From: a virus
Taxonomy: Duplodnaviria; Caudoviricetes
Virus record (IMG/VR): IMGVR_UViG_3300032290_001158
Span: 1-56,854 of that record
Direction: 5' to 3' (one strand)
DNA length: 56,854 nucleotides
Both the position numbers and the translations under genes were made by a program. Positions 51,332 through 56,854 of the stretch are shown here, piece after piece (positions within the stretch are counted from its first letter, which is position 1; each line of letters begins with the position of its first letter). Below the pieces are notes generated by a model, which saw only the letters and a program-made list of their open reading frames with translations, did no database searches and was not told the origin of the DNA.

Positions 51332-53967
51332 GTATTGAAAACACAAATATTCTTTTATCTTCTGCCGAATGGTACGCAAATCTTGGTTGGAAAATTATTC
51401 CATGTCACGGAATTACTGATGGAAGTCGCTGTACTTGCGGTGGCTCTCACGCGGAACCAAAGGACATTGGAAAGCATCCAGTTGTTTCGTGGAATACGGC
51501 TGCAACATCCGACATAGAAACCATTCGTCGTTGGTGGCATACAGAGCCAAACTACAACTTAGGTGTTGTATGTCGTCCCTCTGGCTTTCTTGTAATTGAT
51601 ATTGACCCTCGTTCTGGTGGCGACTCTTCTTATGAAAAGTTTGAAGAGTTAGTCGAGGGAAATCTTCCTTTAACTTTAGAAGCAACTACAGGTATCTATA
51701 ACGTTGGTAATAAAGAAGTCCGTGGACGACACTTGTATTACAAATGTGACCCTAGTGAAGAACTTATTGGAAATCTTGAAAATGCTGGTCTCAGGGGAAT
51801 TGATATCAAGCACAATGGGTATGTTCTCATTGCTCCATCTCGTCACTACTCTGGAAATCGCTATGAGTGGGTAGATGGTAAAAGACCAGACCAGATTGAA
51901 ATGGCTGATGCACCAGAACAACTTCTTGAGTTTCTTCGTAAAAAGAATAGAAGAAAAAAAGGAACTAGCCTAGGAAGTGCTGACTGGGGTAGTGCTTTTT
52001 CTAATCTTGAATTTAATGGTGAAAAATTAGATGTAGATAAGTTGTTAGAAAAAGGTCTTGTAGAAGGACAAAGGGCAACTGGTTTATATCAAATTGCTTG
52101 CGCTCTTGCTAATAAGTTTCCAGTAAATACTGAAGCAGGTCGTCTTGCCGTTGAGACATTGATGATTCGTTTTAATGCAGAAAAAGTCCATCCTCCAATG
52201 CACTTAGAAGGACAAAATAGTCTTTTGATGCACACACGTCGCGCTATTGATTTTGTTTTAGATAATCCTAAAACAGATAGATTGTGGCCTGGAGGTATTG
52301 AGTTTGATGAAAAGTCAGCAGTAACTTGGGCTGAGCAATCTCAAAAAGAAACTCAATCAAAAGTAAGCACTTCCACGGAGTTACAAACTGTGACAGGTGT
52401 TGTTATGCCGCGTAGAGAGTCCTACGATGGTCCAGTATCTTCTTTAGAAGAATCTATTCATGCTGGTGCTTCTATGCAAGAAAGTATGTCTAATAGAAAC
52501 TTAGATATTGCTCCAGACCAAGACTCTATCTATGAAGAAGATGGTGGAACTCCTGGAAGACGAAGCCTTAGTGATGTTGGTAATGGTCGTAGATTAGTTG
52601 ACCTTTTTCACCCAGTGGTGAGATATACCGAAGGTCTTGGTTGGTTTCATTGGAGTGGTTCTCATTGGAAGCCTGATGTAGAGAAGTTAGACATTAAGGA
52701 AATATCCAAAAAACTAGGCTCTATTATTGTTGCCGAGAGCAAACAATATGAAGAAGATGACAAAATTACTAAAACTGTTAAGTGGGGAAGTGATTCTAAG
52801 TCTGTAGCAAGAATCAATGCTGCAATTGAGTCTGCAAACAGTGATACACGAATAAGACTTGGTGTTGATGATTGGGATAAATCACCAGACTTACTTGGTG
52901 TAAAAAATGGTGTTATTAATCTAAAGACTGGTGACCTCATTAAAAATAGTCCAGACTTATATATAACAAGGTCATGTCCTGTTGGTTATATTCCTGGACA
53001 GCAAAATACTAGATGGAAACAGTTTTTAGATTTTGCAACTGGTGGAGATAAAGAACTTCAAGACTGGCTTCAACGTGCGGCTGGATATTCTATTTCTGGT
53101 CATCGTAGTTATGATGTTATGTTTATGGTTTATGGTCCTCCAGGCTCAGGTAAGAATACTTTTGTAGAAGCCATTGTAAAAGCGCTTGGAACAAAACAAT
53201 ATGCATGGCCATTTGATACATCTGTTTTATCTGATGGAAATGGAAAATCAAACCCACAGGACCAATACCACTGGGCTGAACTCCGTGGTCGTCGTGTTGT
53301 GTGGGTTGATGAGTTACCAGATGGAGAAAGAATTAAGGAAAACTCTCTGAAGCGTCTTACTGGTTCTTCAGAAATTCCTGCTCGTTCTCCTGGTGAAAAA
53401 CCATTTACATTCCAATCACAAGCAAAGTTGTGGATTTCTACTAACCACCGTCCCATCATCACAGATGATGCAATGTGGCGTCGTATTCGTCCTATACCTT
53501 TTATGCACGTTCCAGAAAGACCAGACCCTGACCTTAAAGATTACATCTTTGACCCTAATGGTGGTCTTCCTGCAGTTCTTTCGTGGGCTGTCGAAGGTGC
53601 TGTAAAACTTCTTAACTCTAGTTCAAACGATGCACTGGGTTGGTGCAAAGTTGTCAAAGAGGCTTCAGAACTTTATCAAAAGAATGAAGATAGAATTGGT
53701 CTTTTCCTAGAAGAAGAAACTAGAGAAAACCCAGAAGCAACAATTATTGTTGCAGATTTATTCTTGCAATATAGATTATGGAGTGAGCGACGTGGAGAGC
53801 GCCCACTTACTCGTATTGCTTTTGATAGAAAACTTCTTGATAGAAATATGGAAGTTACTGGCTCTGGCTCATCTGCAACAGTTAAAGGAAGAATGCTCCC
53901 ACCAAGAGTTATTTCAAATGAAACAATTCCTAATATCGGATTGCTTAGTTTGGAATATGGAGTCTAG
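51328..53967 (+). CDS. Bifunctional primase-polymerase (AEP) fused to D5-like SF3 helicase
   Basis: 'GKHP', 'LVIDIDPRSGG', 'GRHLYY', 'GYVLIAPS'; Walker A 'GPPGSGKNT', 'WVDE', 'STNHRP' and 'AMWRR'. Confidence 0.92.
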   Translation: MSIENTNILLSSAEWYANLGWKIIPCHGITDGSRCTCGGSHAEPKDIGKHPVVSWNTAATSDIETIRRWWHTEPNYNLGVVCRPSGFLVIDIDPRSGGDSSYEKFEELVEGNLPLTLEATTGIYNVGNKEVRGRHLYYKCDPSEELIGNLENAGLRGIDIKHNGYVLIAPSRHYSGNRYEWVDGKRPDQIEMADAPEQLLEFLRKKNRRKKGTSLGSADWGSAFSNLEFNGEKLDVDKLLEKGLVEGQRATGLYQIACALANKFPVNTEAGRLAVETLMIRFNAEKVHPPMHLEGQNSLLMHTRRAIDFVLDNPKTDRLWPGGIEFDEKSAVTWAEQSQKETQSKVSTSTELQTVTGVVMPRRESYDGPVSSLEESIHAGASMQESMSNRNLDIAPDQDSIYEEDGGTPGRRSLSDVGNGRRLVDLFHPVVRYTEGLGWFHWSGSHWKPDVEKLDIKEISKKLGSIIVAESKQYEEDDKITKTVKWGSDSKSVARINAAIESANSDTRIRLGVDDWDKSPDLLGVKNGVINLKTGDLIKNSPDLYITRSCPVGYIPGQQNTRWKQFLDFATGGDKELQDWLQRAAGYSISGHRSYDVMFMVYGPPGSGKNTFVEAIVKALGTKQYAWPFDTSVLSDGNGKSNPQDQYHWAELRGRRVVWVDELPDGERIKENSLKRLTGSSEIPARSPGEKPFTFQSQAKLWISTNHRPIITDDAMWRRIRPIPFMHVPERPDPDLKDYIFDPNGGLPAVLSWAVEGAVKLLNSSSNDALGWCKVVKEASELYQKNEDRIGLFLEEETRENPEATIIVADLFLQYRLWSERRGERPLTRIAFDRKLLDRNMEVTGSGSSATVKGRMLPPRVISNETIPNIGLLSLEYGV

Positions 53968-55376
53968 CGAGGCTTAAAAACTCTAGCGCCCCCGTTGCCA
54001 AAACCGCCTCTTATTCCAGGAATGCGGCGGGCAGCGGGGGATTTTGCTGTTAACTTTCCACCAACAAATCCTTGTGGGGGTTTAATAAGTAATGCTGTCA
54101 TTGCATGGACAAGGGCATCAACTCGGTCTGGAGACTTACCTTCACCTGGAATCCAAGATGTCATTTGGTCTTCAAGTTCTGCAATGTAGCCAATGTGGTG
54201 AACTCGTTGTTGTTCGTATGCAAGAACAATTGGTTCTGCACGAAGTGCCTTTCCTTGCTTTGAGTGAACTTCAAATACTTTAATTGTTGGGTCAATAGTG
54301 TTGATTGCATTACGAACTAATGCTCCACCTTGGTTTACTTCAGCAACAACTGGAGCACCCCAGCGGCGTGCCATCTCAACAACTTTATTTGCCCAGACTT
54401 CAGGTGAACCTAAAATTGTTGCATCTTCTAATACCCAAGCATGACGCTTATATAAATCTCTATCTGCTGTTGATGCACAAACAACAATTCCGCAAGCATC
54501 GCGGGGATTCTCTGCTACAGATGGGTCAACTCCAATAACTCTTAAAGGTGTTGTTGGTGGAAGAACTCCTTGACGAGATGCCTCAATCATTTCAATTGTC
54601 CATAGTGCTCCATCAATGGAGTCAAGCATTTCTCCATAAAGTTCTTGAGCAGCAAGACGTGTTCCAGCGTAAACTCCAGTAATTGTATCTAGATAGGAAC
54701 TACTTAAGTTCCCTGAATTGTCCATAGTTGAACCGCGACTAACAACAACTTTATTTCCTCTTTTTGCTTCTTCTAAAAGTGTATATAAAAGTGGAACACG
54801 TTTAGGTGTAGTAGTAATCATAATTTGTGGATTAGAGCCTAAACGAGTACCAACACGCAAGTTATCAAAAGCAGTCATTCCTGCAGCATCTGGTGTCTGA
54901 CGCCAAGCGGCAACCTCATCACCCCAAGCGTGTGTGAATTGAGGTCCACGAAGTGAGTCTGGTTCATCAGCAGTAAAACAGGTTGCAGTATTACCATTAG
55001 GCCAAGTCAATCGGCGCTTTGATGGTTCGTATAGTGGACGCTCACTTGGTGGCGTCACATTCATAATCCCTGATTCACCTTCAACAATAACGTCACGCAC
55101 ATCTGCTGCAGTACGAGCAACAAGCGCAAAGCGGCGCTGACCTGTTGTTGTATATTTTGCTTGCTCTCTCACCCACTCGGCTGCGCTACGAGTTTTTCCA
55201 GCACCACGACCTGCAAGATAAATCCAAATATTCCAATCACCATCAGGTGCTTGTTGTTCTGGGCGTCCCCAAAACTTCCAGTCCCACTGGACTTCTTCCA
55301 TATTGAGACCAAGCATTGCCTCTTCTCTTTCTTCTGGAGAGAGTTTTGCAATAATCTCTGCAATGCTTGCAGCCAT
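53964..55376 (-). CDS. terL: Terminase large subunit
   Basis: Walker A 'AGRGAGKT', 'LRGPQF..AWGDE', 'TTTP', nuclease 'IGVDP' and 'SPDRVDA'. Confidence 0.93.
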   Translation of the reverse strand: MAASIAEIIAKLSPEEREEAMLGLNMEEVQWDWKFWGRPEQQAPDGDWNIWIYLAGRGAGKTRSAAEWVREQAKYTTTGQRRFALVARTAADVRDVIVEGESGIMNVTPPSERPLYEPSKRRLTWPNGNTATCFTADEPDSLRGPQFTHAWGDEVAAWRQTPDAAGMTAFDNLRVGTRLGSNPQIMITTTPKRVPLLYTLLEEAKRGNKVVVSRGSTMDNSGNLSSSYLDTITGVYAGTRLAAQELYGEMLDSIDGALWTIEMIEASRQGVLPPTTPLRVIGVDPSVAENPRDACGIVVCASTADRDLYKRHAWVLEDATILGSPEVWANKVVEMARRWGAPVVAEVNQGGALVRNAINTIDPTIKVFEVHSKQGKALRAEPIVLAYEQQRVHHIGYIAELEDQMTSWIPGEGKSPDRVDALVHAMTALLIKPPQGFVGGKLTAKSPAARRIPGIRGGFGNGGARVFKPR

Positions 55377-55384
55377 ATTCCTAC

Positions 55385-55846
55385 CTAGTTACTTTTTTGA
55401 AGACTTCGCTGTGCTCCGTAGTAGAGCGGTGCAGCAGAACTAAGACCTAGTCCTTTTGCCAAATCTTGTAAAGAAAAACCATTTTTATATTCTTCTGCTA
55501 GTTGGTCGTGATATGCCTCTACTCCACCAATTTGCTTTGCCGACTTTACGCGTTCTACAGCAGCAGGAAGTTCAGAGCGATTTGCTTTTTTTCTTGGTTT
55601 AATTTCTGAAATAGATACGCTTTCCATAACCACACGGCGTCTAATTCCAGGGTATGCAACATTTATTGCTTTTGCTAATTCTGGCAAACTTCCGCCAAGA
55701 CCATAAAACTCACAAAGGAGGCGTGTGTATTCTCGGCTTGCTTGATGTGCAGGTGTGTTTTGTTTTCTTGAGCCGTAAGCACGTTTTGCTAGAGGAAAAA
55801 GAGGTTCGATTAATGACTTGTATTGTTCGACTAGTTCAGTGCTCAT
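55385..55846 (-). CDS. Tandem HTH protein; candidate terminase small subunit or regulator
   Basis: Two HTH-like segments 'GGSLPELAKAINV' and 'GFSLQDLAKGLGL'; directly upstream of terL. Confidence 0.55.
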   Translation of the reverse strand: MSTELVEQYKSLIEPLFPLAKRAYGSRKQNTPAHQASREYTRLLCEFYGLGGSLPELAKAINVAYPGIRRRVVMESVSISEIKPRKKANRSELPAAVERVKSAKQIGGVEAYHDQLAEEYKNGFSLQDLAKGLGLSSAAPLYYGAQRSLQKSN

Positions 55847-55903
55847 TTTGACTCCGTTACCTAATGTATATAGTAACTATAGGATAACGAAGAGAGTGCC
55901 TAT

Positions 55904-56086
55904 TTAGTCTTTAGACTCGTCGTCTTCTTTAGGATTTCTAATTGGATAGGTAATTGCCCAGGCAAGTAGTGTTCCAATGATGGCATACCCTACTATTGTT
56001 TTTGCTGAGCCGTCTAGTACTACCCAAGCAATAAACATACCAAGCAGTGTCCATAGTTGGTCAATCATGTCTCTAATTACTCTCAT
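55904..56086 (-). CDS. Small two-TM membrane protein
   Basis: 'DQLWTLLGMFIAWVVLDGSAK.IVG'; 4-nt overlap with the upstream gene. Confidence 0.7.
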   Translation of the reverse strand: MRVIRDMIDQLWTLLGMFIAWVVLDGSAKTIVGYAIIGTLLAWAITYPIRNPKEDDESKD

Positions 56087-56854
56087 GGCTTAGGTCTCCT
56101 TCTAACGCCTTTACTATCTCCCGATGGGCCTCCGCCACCAGAACTTCCACCACCACCTGAGCCGCTTCCGCTAGAACTTCCAGCCGCTCCTGCTGCTGCA
56201 CCAACTGCGTTCATAGCAGCACCTGCTGCTACAACAGTTGCAACAACCATGTCAGTTGCTTCTTTACGTTCTTCATCTGACATATCTGCACCAATACTGC
56301 CTAAAGCAAGTAATGCTTGAGCAGGGTCATCAAACATAGTAGATAGCAATTCTACAGGATTTGCAAGTACCTCTAATGCTGCTGCAACTTCAGCGGTAAT
56401 AACTACTTCATTACCATTTTCATCCTGACGCACCTCTACAGGAGTCTCTGCAGGTAGGTCTTGATAAGCAATGCCAGCGTCTTGAATCTGCTCTTTTGTG
56501 AGCGTCTCACCTGGAGCAACTGATTCAATAAGAGCATCTGCAACTAATTCTTTTTCAGCCTCGGTAAGTTTTCCGTCAGCAGCAAGTGCATCTGAAAGAT
56601 TGTTAACTTCTTCAGATGTAACTTCACCATCTGCATTAAGTGCATCTAAAATTTGTTCAGCATCTGCTGCTGTAATTTTTCCATCACCAAGTGCATCTTC
56701 TACAGCAGTATCAACAACTTCTTCTTGTGTTGGTTCTGGTTCTTCTGCAGGTGGTTCTTCTGCAGGTGGTTCTTCTGCAGGTGGTTCTTCTGCAGGTGGT
56801 TCTTCTGCAGGTGGTTCTTCTGCAGGTGGTTCTTCTGCAGGTGGTTCTTCTGCA
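56083..56854 (-). CDS. 5'-truncated large acidic protein with (AEEPP)n linker and C-terminal hydrophobic/Gly-Ser/basic tail
   Basis: The frame is open from the window end to 56083; the ORF-track start at 56433 is internal. Confidence 0.75.
   Translation of the reverse strand, partial: AEEPPAEEPPAEEPPAEEPPAEEPPAEEPPAEEPPAEEPEPTQEEVVDTAVEDALGDGKITAADAEQILDALNADGEVTSEEVNNLSDALAADGKLTEAEKELVADALIESVAPGETLTKEQIQDAGIAYQDLPAETPVEVRQDENGNEVVITAEVAAALEVLANPVELLSTMFDDPAQALLALGSIGADMSDEERKEATDMVVATVVAAGAAMNAVGAAAGAAGSSSGSGSGGGGSSGGGGPSGDSKGVRRRPKP
56738..56854. repeat. Perfect 15-bp tandem repeat GGTGGTTCTTCTGCA (7 full copies plus a partial), running off the window end
   Basis: Read directly; encodes AEEPP on the minus strand. 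Confidence 0.95.

Noticed and set aside
56738-56854. CRISPR array
   Set aside because: The 15-bp units are head-to-tail with no spacers and are in frame within a coding sequence.

Overview
This window is a 56.9-kb fragment of a tailed (siphovirus-like) dsDNA phage, most likely infecting an AT-rich actinobacterium: it carries two WhiB genes, actinophage-type tail genes and apparent leaderless promoters. The + strand (1-27.3 kb) carries a tail module (major tail protein, head-tail adaptor, terminator, chaperones, tape measure, Dit, Tal-like protein, large fibre) followed by a replication/recombination block (PolA, RuvC-like resolvase, SNF2 helicase, PD-(D/E)XK nuclease, Sak4-like ATPase, SSB, two WhiB). 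The - strand (27.3-50.9 kb) carries a second ~20-kb block of fibre/decoration genes, including five Thr-rich (Gly-Pro-Thr/Gly-Ala-Thr) collagen-like proteins built from shared modules, followed directly by a GT2-TPR glycosyltransferase and a SAM methyltransferase. The right end holds a metallophosphoesterase, HTH + primase-helicase, terminase large subunit and a truncated repeat protein. My best candidate for a new system is a modular, probably O-glycosylated collagen fibre coat analogous to the spore BclA nap. Also notable are a likely non-canonical chaperone frameshift, a type-1-copper-like domain in a fibre, and strong GATC/AGCT avoidance. I saw no tRNA, CRISPR array, integrase, reverse transcriptase or capsid gene. 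All functional calls come from reading motifs by eye, not from database searches.
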